In this document: positions 7,294-14,750 of the stretch, piece after piece
Layout: each line of letters starts with the position of its first letter
Numbering within the stretch: the stretch's first letter is position 1
Assembly: GCA_035299885.1 (NCBI GenBank)
Contig: DATGVV010000460.1
Span: forward strand, 1 to 33,138
Direction: 5' to 3'
Length of the DNA: 33,138 bases
Source of the DNA: Chloroflexota bacterium
GTDB taxonomy: Bacteria; Chloroflexota; JAJPGV01
Notes under the pieces: generated by a model
What the model was told of the DNA's origin: nothing
Seen by the model: the letters and a program-made list of their open reading frames with translations, nothing else
Database searches by the model: none
Program-made: the position numbers and the translations under genes

Positions 7294-8442
7294 CTACTGC
7301 TTGGCCAGCGCCTCGTGCAGCGGGCCATAGTCGACGATCTGCTCGGGTTTGAGGTCAGTCTTGGTGCCGGTGATCTCGGCTTGGATGTCCAGCGCCTGCT
7401 GAAGGCCCCGCGGCGAGGCTTCGAACGTGTCCTGCTCCAGGTTGGGGATCATCTTCTCGGCGGTGCGCTTGGCCGCATCGGGTGGCGCGCCGATGTACTT
7501 GACGATCAAGTCCCCCGTCTCGGCCGGGTGCGCCTTGATCCAGCGGTTGGCGTCGATCAGCGCCCGCAGAAAGCGGACGGTCTCGTCCCGATGGGCGCTC
7601 AGGTAGGACACGCTGCTGCCGGCGCCGATGTACGGCAGGTCCAGCAGATCGCCTAGGAACTGGATCTCATGAAATCCAGCCAGCTCAGCCTGAGCGTCGA
7701 AAGGCGGTGACACGACGGCCGCATCCACCTGGCCGGCGATCAGGTTTTGGTAGGTCAGGACAGTGCCGCCCGAGGACACGATGTGGACGTCGTTCTTGGT
7801 GAGGCCGGCCTTCTTGAGGCCGGTCTCCAGGTAGATATAGGGCGTGCTGCCCGCCTGGTTAGTGCCGACTGGCCTGCCTTTGAGCTGTGCCACCGAGGTG
7901 ATCTCCTTCTTGCCCACCAGCGTCCAGGGCGAGCGCTGCCAGGCGGAGAAGATGACCTTGAGCGGCAGCCCGCGGGTGGCGCCCTCAATGGCGTTCGTGG
8001 GCGCGTCGATGATGTCGGTCTCGCCTTTGGAGAGTGCGGTGATCGACACGCTGGGCGGCATCATGTACTGGGTGACCTTGATGTGCTGCTGCTGGAAGAA
8101 GCCCTGCGCCAGCGCGGCATAGTAGGGCATCTCGGATGCCGCCGGCGACGCGTAGCTGACACGAACGGGCGAGCCGTTGGGATCGCCGCCCGAGAACTGG
8201 CCGGTCGCCTCCGGTTTGCCCGCGGCGGGGCCACTGGCGCCCGCGCTCGCGGACGCCGCGGGTTTGGCCGGGGCTGGGCTCGAGGCCGCCACGACGCTGG
8301 GTTTCGGGCTCGCGGCTGCTGAGGCCGCCGGCTGCGCACCCGCGCTTGACGGGGCGGCGGCGGGCGCCTGCTGGCCGCACCCCGCCGCAAGCAGCAATAA
8401 GGCACCCACTAACGGCGTCAGCCGGCTCGGCGTAGTTCTCAC
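7294..8442 (-). CDS. lipoprotein, ABC-transporter substrate-binding protein (NMT1/SsuA/TauA-like)
   Basis: 382 aa. Signal peptide with lipobox LLLLAAGCG, then about 70 aa of Ala/Ser/Pro low-complexity tether, then an SBP body. GAGAGGTGAG Shine-Dalgarno upstream of GTG 8442. Paralogue of the CDS at 1..1052. Confidence 0.8.
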   Translation of the reverse strand: MRTTPSRLTPLVGALLLLAAGCGQQAPAAAPSSAGAQPAASAAASPKPSVVAASSPAPAKPAASASAGASGPAAGKPEATGQFSGGDPNGSPVRVSYASPAASEMPYYAALAQGFFQQQHIKVTQYMMPPSVSITALSKGETDIIDAPTNAIEGATRGLPLKVIFSAWQRSPWTLVGKKEITSVAQLKGRPVGTNQAGSTPYIYLETGLKKAGLTKNDVHIVSSGGTVLTYQNLIAGQVDAAVVSPPFDAQAELAGFHEIQFLGDLLDLPYIGAGSSVSYLSAHRDETVRFLRALIDANRWIKAHPAETGDLIVKYIGAPPDAAKRTAEKMIPNLEQDTFEASPRGLQQALDIQAEITGTKTDLKPEQIVDYGPLHEALAKQ

Positions 8443-8445
8443 ATC

Positions 8446-9399
8446 TCACCTCTCAAGCGATTTTTGCGCCGGGCGCACGTGGATGGCAAAATCGGCCACG
8501 CCGCGGGTCAGGTCGAACGCGGGCTTGTAGCCGAGGTCCGACTGGGAGCGAGTCAAGTCCAGCCGCTGCTCATGACGCCAAAAGGGCCCCTGCACCGGCT
8601 CCGGCAGGACCTCGACTTTGGCGCCCGGCACAGCCGCTCGAATGGCGGCCGCCACGTCCTCCGAGGTGGACAACCGGCCCGAGCCTAGGTTATATACCTC
8701 GTGGCGCAGCGGCCGCTCACAAGCAAGCATCACGCCAAAGGCTACATCCTCCACGTAGACGTAATCGTTCGTGCTCAGGACGCCTGGATCCAGCTGCACG
8801 GGCTGGCCGGCAAGCGCCTCCGCCAGCGCGGCGTGCATGGCGGGCCCAGCGGCGTCGCCGCCGGCGTAATGTCCTAGCCCATAGACCTGGGCGAAGCGGA
8901 GGATGGCGAACTCTAAGCCATACCAGCTGGCGAAGGCGGCCAGGATGCGCTCGCAGGCGATCTTGCTCGCAGCATAAAAACGAGTGCCCCCGATGGGGAA
9001 GTCTTCGGTGATCGGCTCAGCCGGCGACAGGTCCCAGCGATAGATGCCGAACGTGCTGGCAAACAGCAAGCGTTTGACCCCGCTGAGCCTGGTCGCTTCG
9101 GCGAGCGCCATCGCCCCATCGACGTTTGCGCTCATCCCGGCATGAGGATGCTCGTTGATGCGTGACCCGATCAGAAACGCCGAATGGAACACCACGTCGG
9201 GAGCGCAGCCGCGCATGCAGTCGATGAGCGTAGGCAGATCCCGGACGTCACCCTCGACGAGTTCAGCCGCGGACGTGATGCTGGCGATGTAGTCTCGGCG
9301 CGGCGCCACGTCATAGAGCACGGCCTTGTGGCCGCGCTCCGCCAGCAGGCGGGCCAGGTGACAGCCTACCAGGCCTGCGCCGGTGATGAAAATGTTCAC
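8446..9399 (-). CDS. NAD-dependent epimerase/dehydratase (extended SDR)
   Basis: 317 aa. N-terminal ITGAGLVGCHLARLL Rossmann motif and YAASK (YxxxK) catalytic motif. Confidence 0.85.
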   Translation of the reverse strand: MNIFITGAGLVGCHLARLLAERGHKAVLYDVAPRRDYIASITSAAELVEGDVRDLPTLIDCMRGCAPDVVFHSAFLIGSRINEHPHAGMSANVDGAMALAEATRLSGVKRLLFASTFGIYRWDLSPAEPITEDFPIGGTRFYAASKIACERILAAFASWYGLEFAILRFAQVYGLGHYAGGDAAGPAMHAALAEALAGQPVQLDPGVLSTNDYVYVEDVAFGVMLACERPLRHEVYNLGSGRLSTSEDVAAAIRAAVPGAKVEVLPEPVQGPFWRHEQRLDLTRSQSDLGYKPAFDLTRGVADFAIHVRPAQKSLER

Positions 9400-9411
9400 C
9401 GGGTGAACCAG

Positions 9412-10536
9412 CTAAACGGCTACCGCCATGCCGTACAGGGCGGCGCAGTTATCCCACAGGATCTTGCGCTTGTGCTCGTCCGCAATGGGCAGCTGCATGA
9501 AGTGATCGGCGGAGTGCGGAAAATGGGCGTCCACGTGCGGGTAGTCGGTGGAGTAAACGATGTTGTCGCTGCCCATGGCCTCGACGACCCACTTCACCGG
9601 GTGCTCCTCGGAATCGACCGACACGTAGCACTGGCGCTTGAAGTACGCGCTGGGCGGCATCGTCAGATCGGGCGACCAGACGTCGGCGAACATCTCGGCG
9701 TGCTCGTCGAGGCGCCACAGCAACCACGGCAGCCAGCTGCAGTTGCCCTCCAGGAAGGCAGCCCGCAGCTTGGGGTGGCGCTCCAGCACGCCGCCGCCGC
9801 ACATTGCCGCCAGGGCCATCATCTGCTCCACCGGGTGGGAGAAGGTGTGGCGCAGCATGAAGCTGGGCTCGAACTGCTCCCCCACCTGGCGCTCGGCTGA
9901 CGAGTTGGACTCGTGGAAGCCGACCGGCACGTCCAGCCGCTCGAGCGCCGACCACAGCGGGTCGTAGTAGGGGTCGTGCCAGTTGCGGCCGTTGACGACG
10001 TTGGCCCGCAGGAACACGCCGCGGAAACCCAGATCGCGCACGCAGCGCTCCGTCTCGGCTACGGCGTCGCCGACATCGAACGGCGAGATCATGCCGACGC
10101 CGATCAGCCGGTTGCGATCCGCCGCGCAGAAGTCATACAGCCAGTTGTCGTAGGCGCGTGCCAAGGCGGCAGCGGAATCGGGCGCCAGGTCACCCCGGGC
10201 CAGCGTGTGCAGGCCGCGGGTGGGGTACAGCAGGGCGACGTCGATGCCCTCGCGATCCATGGCCTCGAGCTGCACTTCGGACGTCCAGCCGCGCTCCTGG
10301 TCCGGACCGTAGCGGGCCTGGTCCTCGGCGAACTTGTGACCGCTGCGTGGGCCGGGCGGCTCGGCTGGACGTCCCCACGGCCGCCCCTCGGCATCCACCA
10401 TGGCCAGGTCGCGCACCCAGCGCTGAAGGCCGATGGGCGCCTGCTCGCGGTAGTCCGGCTCGGTGTAGCGCTGCCACAGGTCGGGCGGCTCCATGACGTG
10501 CATGTCGCTGTCTAGGATCCTGAAACCGTTCTTCAT
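9412..10536 (-). CDS. amidohydrolase-2 family metal-dependent hydrolase/decarboxylase (ACMSD/LigW/LigJ/lactonase-type)
   Basis: 374 aa. ILDSDMHVMEP N-terminal metal motif, FHES mid-protein and STDYPHVD near the C-terminus, as in PF04909-type enzymes. Confidence 0.85.
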   Translation of the reverse strand: MKNGFRILDSDMHVMEPPDLWQRYTEPDYREQAPIGLQRWVRDLAMVDAEGRPWGRPAEPPGPRSGHKFAEDQARYGPDQERGWTSEVQLEAMDREGIDVALLYPTRGLHTLARGDLAPDSAAALARAYDNWLYDFCAADRNRLIGVGMISPFDVGDAVAETERCVRDLGFRGVFLRANVVNGRNWHDPYYDPLWSALERLDVPVGFHESNSSAERQVGEQFEPSFMLRHTFSHPVEQMMALAAMCGGGVLERHPKLRAAFLEGNCSWLPWLLWRLDEHAEMFADVWSPDLTMPPSAYFKRQCYVSVDSEEHPVKWVVEAMGSDNIVYSTDYPHVDAHFPHSADHFMQLPIADEHKRKILWDNCAALYGMAVAV

Positions 10537-10537
10537 T

Positions 10538-11506
10538 TCATGCCTCCGGATGGGTGCTGATGTATTTGGCGGCCTGCTCGGCGTCCACGCCGGAAGTCCG
10601 CAGGCTGACGCCGGCGGCTTCCTCCTGGAGCTGGTAGGTCACGGTGTAGCCGGAGCCCTCGCCCCAGCCACGGTTGAGCGCTTCCACGATGATCTGCTCG
10701 ACCACGCTGCTGACCGGCAGCGGCACATCGAGCTCCCGGCCGAGCGCGGTAGCCAGGCCGATGTCCTTGCGCAGCAGGGTGAGCGTGAAGGTGGCCGGCT
10801 CGTAGCGGCCGGGAAACACGCTGCGTGGGACCTGGTCGTGGAGCATGTGCATGCGGCCGACCAAACCTCGCCGAACGGCCTCCCACAGGACACGCACGTC
10901 CACTCCGGCTTTTACTCCCAGCGACAAGCCTTCGGCGATGGCCTGTGTGACGCCGCAGCCAATGAGCTGATGGACGAGCTTGCAGATGCTGGCGCTGCCG
11001 ACCGGGCCGGTGTAGATGATCTGGTCGCCGTAGGCCGCCAGGATGGGCCGGATGCGCTCGACGATCGCCTGCTCGCCGCCGATCATGATCTCGTGGATGC
11101 CCGGCGGTGAGTCGGGCTGGCCGGCGCTGACCGGGGCGTCCATGGCCCAGGCGCCCTTCTCACGGAAGCGCTCGGCGATGCGCCGGATGAGGTCCGGCCC
11201 GCCGGTCGAGATGTCCAGGTACACGCCGTCGGGCCGGATACCTTCCAGCACACCGCCCGGCCCGAGGGCCGCATCTTCCACGATCCTCGGCGTGGGCAGG
11301 GCACTGATGACGACGTCCGAGCGCTCCGCGACGCCGGCCGGCGAGGCAGCGCGCTCGGCGCCCCTTTCGAGGAACGGGCGCATGGCCTCCTCGCGCGTGT
11401 CATACACGATCATCGGGAAACCGGCCGCCTGGATATGGCCAGCCACCGGGCCACCCATCTTGCCGAGGCCGACGAAACCGACCGTCTCCATGTGCGCCCT
11501 TATCAT
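10538..11506 (-). CDS. NAD(P)-dependent beta-hydroxyacid dehydrogenase (3-hydroxyisobutyrate dehydrogenase family)
   Basis: 322 aa. VGFVGLGKMGGPVAGHI dinucleotide fold at the N-terminus. An alternative ATG at 11491 (METVGFVGLG) has AAGGG 5 nt upstream and may be the true start. The stop is 1 nt from the next gene's ATG. Confidence 0.85.
   Translation of the reverse strand: MIRAHMETVGFVGLGKMGGPVAGHIQAAGFPMIVYDTREEAMRPFLERGAERAASPAGVAERSDVVISALPTPRIVEDAALGPGGVLEGIRPDGVYLDISTGGPDLIRRIAERFREKGAWAMDAPVSAGQPDSPPGIHEIMIGGEQAIVERIRPILAAYGDQIIYTGPVGSASICKLVHQLIGCGVTQAIAEGLSLGVKAGVDVRVLWEAVRRGLVGRMHMLHDQVPRSVFPGRYEPATFTLTLLRKDIGLATALGRELDVPLPVSSVVEQIIVEALNRGWGEGSGYTVTYQLQEEAAGVSLRTSGVDAEQAAKYISTHPEA
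11501..11506 (+). promoter_or_regulatory. -10-like hexamer TATCAT, 9 nt upstream of ATG 11516 (possible leaderless or near-leaderless transcript)
   Basis: Hexamer read directly. No SD lies between it and the ATG. Only 9 nt separate the divergent start codons. Confidence 0.3.
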
Positions 11507-11515
11507 GCACTAACC

Positions 11516-12388
11516 ATGGCCGACCTCAGTTTGGAGGACCTCGGCGCGCTGCTCGACGAGAAGCTGCGGCCGATTGCCACGAAGCTGGACGAGCACGCGA
11601 AAAAGCTGGATCAGCACGGCCAGCGTCTCGATGCTATGACGGCCGAACCGCGCCAGCGATCTCTGAAACCGCTGCTGGTGGCGTTTTCGGCCGTCGCGGC
11701 GGTGGTGGTTCTGGCGCTCGCCGGCCGCGTAGTCCTGGGGACCTTCAATGGCGGCGCGGGCCAGTCCTCGGCAGCTACGGCGCCACGGCTGCTGTACGCC
11801 GACGACTTCTCCAGTTCGGCGAACGGTCTCTTCCTGGAGGGTCAACGCGGAATAGCCACGCTGCCCGGCGATCGCGCGTCGGCGGCGTGGGACTATGCCT
11901 ATCAAGACGGTGCTCTGGTGGCGCACGTGACCGCGCCCAGCTTGCCGCTGCAAGGGCGAGTCATCGGCGGGGCTGCCCGAGCGGCCAATCGCCTCACCGG
12001 CGACTTCGCCTTCGAGGTCAAGGCCAAGGCCGCCACCTCGGCCGTGTACGCGTTGTACGGGCTGCGGTTCTTTCCCGGCAGCCGCGAGTTCGGCTTTGGC
12101 ATTCAGCCCGGCCAGAAGAGCTATCAGGTGTGGGAAATCTTCCAACCGCCGTTCCTGGTGGCGCGCAGTAACGCGGTCGAACCGGGCGAAGCGGAGAACC
12201 TGCTGCGGCTGGAGCTGCGCGGCAATGCCATGCGGCTGTTCATCAATGGCCAGGAGATCGATGGCCGCCAGGACGAAGCGTTCGGCGTCCGTCCGGCCTC
12301 GGTGGGAGTGCTGTTCGACACGCGGGCGATGCCCAACGAGGCTCCGGTGGAGATTCGCTTCAGAGACTTCAAGGTCTATTCGTTGTGA
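11516..12388 (+). CDS. membrane-anchored hypothetical protein: N-terminal coiled segment, one TM helix, C-terminal LamG/DUF1080-like beta-sandwich
   Basis: Tracked ORF is 11435..12388. The ATG at 11516 avoids overlap with the divergent gene. LLVAFSAVAAVVVLALAG is a TM helix. The C-terminal LRLELRGNAMRLFINGQEIDG resembles the concanavalin-like DUF1080 signature (by eye). Its stop overlaps the next start (GTGA). Confidence 0.6.
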   Translation: MADLSLEDLGALLDEKLRPIATKLDEHAKKLDQHGQRLDAMTAEPRQRSLKPLLVAFSAVAAVVVLALAGRVVLGTFNGGAGQSSAATAPRLLYADDFSSSANGLFLEGQRGIATLPGDRASAAWDYAYQDGALVAHVTAPSLPLQGRVIGGAARAANRLTGDFAFEVKAKAATSAVYALYGLRFFPGSREFGFGIQPGQKSYQVWEIFQPPFLVARSNAVEPGEAENLLRLELRGNAMRLFINGQEIDGRQDEAFGVRPASVGVLFDTRAMPNEAPVEIRFRDFKVYSL

Positions 12389-13356
12389 GCCAGGTGATCG
12401 CCTACCGCCTGCAGCCGTGGGAATTCGTCGATCGGCTCGTCTATGACATGTGTCCCAGCGGCTTCGAGATCGTGCCCCTGGCGAGGGACGCTTCGCCGGA
12501 GGATCGGGAGCAGAAGCTGGCCGGCGCGGATTTCCTGATGGGCTCGTGGGTGACCACCGCCGTGACGCTGACGGAGGCCGACTTCCGCGCAGCCAAGCGT
12601 CTCAAGCTGGTGCAACTCATGAGCGCCGGCTACGAGCACATCGACCTGGAGCTGGCCGCGCGGTATGGCGTGCCGGTGGCGCACTTTGGCGACGCCATGG
12701 CAAGCACCGTAGCCGAGCACACGCTGCTGCTGATCCTGGCCGTGCACCGGCGTTTGCTCCAGCTCGACGCGGCGGTCCGCTCGGGGAAGTGGCGCACGGG
12801 CGAGCCGCCGCTGTCCGAGCTGCGCGGCAAGCAGGTGGGCATTGTCGGCTTCGGGTTGATCGGCCGCGAGGTGGCCAAGCGCGTCCGCGCCTTCGACGCC
12901 GAGATCGCGTACTTTCAGCGCCACCGCCTGGACGATGCGGCCGAGCGAGCTATCGGCGTCCGCTACTTGCCGCTGGACGATCTGCTGTCGAGCAGCGACG
13001 TGGTCAGCCTGAACGTGCCCATCAGCAGCTCGACCCGGCACCTCATCGGTGCTCGCGAGCTGGCACTGATGAAACACGGCGCGGTGCTCATCAACGTCAG
13101 CCGCGGGGTGGTGGTCGACGAAGCGGCCCTGCGCGAGGCGCTGGAGCAGGGGCGTCTGCGCGGAGCCGGCCTGGACGTGTTGGAGCAGGAGCCGCCCGAC
13201 ACGGTTAACCCGCTGCTCAGGCTGGACAACGTGGTGTTCTCGCCGCACAACGCGGGCTCCTCGGTGGAGGTTTGGCCCCGAGTCGTGGCCGCCTCCTTCG
13301 CCAACATCGAGCGGGTCGCCCGCGGCGAGCCGCCTCAGAACCTGGCCCATAAGTAA
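12385..13356 (+). CDS. D-isomer-specific 2-hydroxyacid dehydrogenase
   Basis: 323 aa. GIVGFGLIGREVAKR NAD motif, NVSRGVVVDEAAL, GAGLDVLEQEP and SPHNAG (Arg/Glu/His catalytic set). Confidence 0.85.
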   Translation: MSQVIAYRLQPWEFVDRLVYDMCPSGFEIVPLARDASPEDREQKLAGADFLMGSWVTTAVTLTEADFRAAKRLKLVQLMSAGYEHIDLELAARYGVPVAHFGDAMASTVAEHTLLLILAVHRRLLQLDAAVRSGKWRTGEPPLSELRGKQVGIVGFGLIGREVAKRVRAFDAEIAYFQRHRLDDAAERAIGVRYLPLDDLLSSSDVVSLNVPISSSTRHLIGARELALMKHGAVLINVSRGVVVDEAALREALEQGRLRGAGLDVLEQEPPDTVNPLLRLDNVVFSPHNAGSSVEVWPRVVAASFANIERVARGEPPQNLAHK

Positions 13357-13514
13357 GACTGACAGGCTGCAAAATGCTAGGCTGAAGGCCTAGAAGCGAG
13401 GCCGAAATAGGCGTAAGCCGGCCCAGGCGGCCACGAGCCAGGCTGCCCTGCCTCGAGGAAATGGGCCGCCGATGGTTTTCGGCTGAACTTCTAAGCTGTA
13501 AGCGGAGGTTCGGC

Positions 13515-14735
13515 ATGGCAACCACCCAGGAACAGAACGAGCGACTGACCCGCGTCGGGCCCGGCACGGCGATGGGCGATCTGCTGCGCCGCTACTGGCA
13601 GGTGGTGGGCACCGCGACCGAGCTCGAGCAGGAGCCGGTGCAGCGGGTGCGGCTGCTCGGCGAAGACCTCACGCTGTTCCGCACCGAGCGCGGCGAGTAC
13701 GGCCTGGTGGACGAGGTGTGCCCACATCGCTGCATGTCACTGGAGTACGGCATTCCGCAGGAGGCCGGCCTGCGCTGCGCCTATCACGGTTGGCTGTGGG
13801 CGCCGGACGGCCACTGCCTGGAGCAGCCATTCGAGGAGACGGTCAACCCCGAAGCGCGGTTCAAGGACAAGGTCCGCATCAAGGCCTACCCGGCCCAGGA
13901 GCTAGGTGGGCTCATCTTCACCTACATGGGCCCGCGGCCCGCGCCGCTGCTGCCCCGCTGGGATGTGCTCGTCCGCGATGACTTGGACGCGGCCATCGAG
14001 ATTCACCCGCTGCCCTGCAGCTGGCTGCAGTGCATGGACAATTCCATGGACCCGGTTCACTTCGAGCACCTGCACGCCGTGTTCGGTAACTATCAGCGCA
14101 AGAAGCTGGGCATGCCGCCGGCTATGTTCCCGGCCAAGCACATCAAGATCGGCTTCGATCGCTTCGAGTACGGCATCATGAAGCGCCGCCTCCTCGAGGG
14201 CGAGCCGGAGGATATCGACGATTGGCAGATCGGTCACCCGGTGCTGTTCCCGAACACCCTGGCGGTGGGCGAAGAGGACCGGCCGATGCTCCAGATCCGC
14301 ATCCCGGTGGACGACACGACCACGCTCCACCTGCAGTACGTGACCACCCCGCGCGAGATGGGCGCGCCGCGCAAGCCGGTCCCGGTCGTGCGCCGGTCGC
14401 TGTTCGAGCCGGACGGCAAGATCTTGGCCGTCAACATCCCCAAGCAGGACGAGCTGGCGTGGGTTGCGCAGGGGCCAATCTCACAGCGCACGCGCGAGCA
14501 CCTGGGGGCGAGCGACGTGGGCGTGATCCTGTATCACAAGATGCTGCATGAAGAGATGGACAAAGTGCAGGGTGGACAGGATCCCCTCGGCACTGTGCGC
14601 GATCCCGCGGTCAACGAGCCAATGATCCGCATCCGGCGCGAGCGAGTTGGCTACGAGGCCTTCAAGGGCGACTTCGAGGAGGAGTGGAACGACATCGAAG
14701 GCGCGCGTTCCCTCTTCGCCGCGGCCAAGGCCTAG
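13515..14735 (+). CDS. Rieske non-heme-iron oxygenase alpha subunit (KshA/VanA/LigXa-like, alpha-only type)
   Basis: Tracked ORF is 13461..14735. ATG 13515 has GGAGG 7 nt upstream. CPHRC...CAYHGW Rieske motif and CMDNSMDPVHFEHLH iron site. Confidence 0.85.
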   Translation: MATTQEQNERLTRVGPGTAMGDLLRRYWQVVGTATELEQEPVQRVRLLGEDLTLFRTERGEYGLVDEVCPHRCMSLEYGIPQEAGLRCAYHGWLWAPDGHCLEQPFEETVNPEARFKDKVRIKAYPAQELGGLIFTYMGPRPAPLLPRWDVLVRDDLDAAIEIHPLPCSWLQCMDNSMDPVHFEHLHAVFGNYQRKKLGMPPAMFPAKHIKIGFDRFEYGIMKRRLLEGEPEDIDDWQIGHPVLFPNTLAVGEEDRPMLQIRIPVDDTTTLHLQYVTTPREMGAPRKPVPVVRRSLFEPDGKILAVNIPKQDELAWVAQGPISQRTREHLGASDVGVILYHKMLHEEMDKVQGGQDPLGTVRDPAVNEPMIRIRRERVGYEAFKGDFEEEWNDIEGARSLFAAAKA

Positions 14736-14750
14736 GCGCCTGCCTCAGAT

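Noticed and set aside
12376-13350. 324-aa minus-strand ORF almost exactly antisense to the D-2-hydroxyacid dehydrogenase
   Set aside because: It is a shadow ORF typical of high-GC DNA. The product is Arg/His/Gln/Gly-rich with no motifs, while the plus-strand frame has a full set of dehydrogenase motifs.
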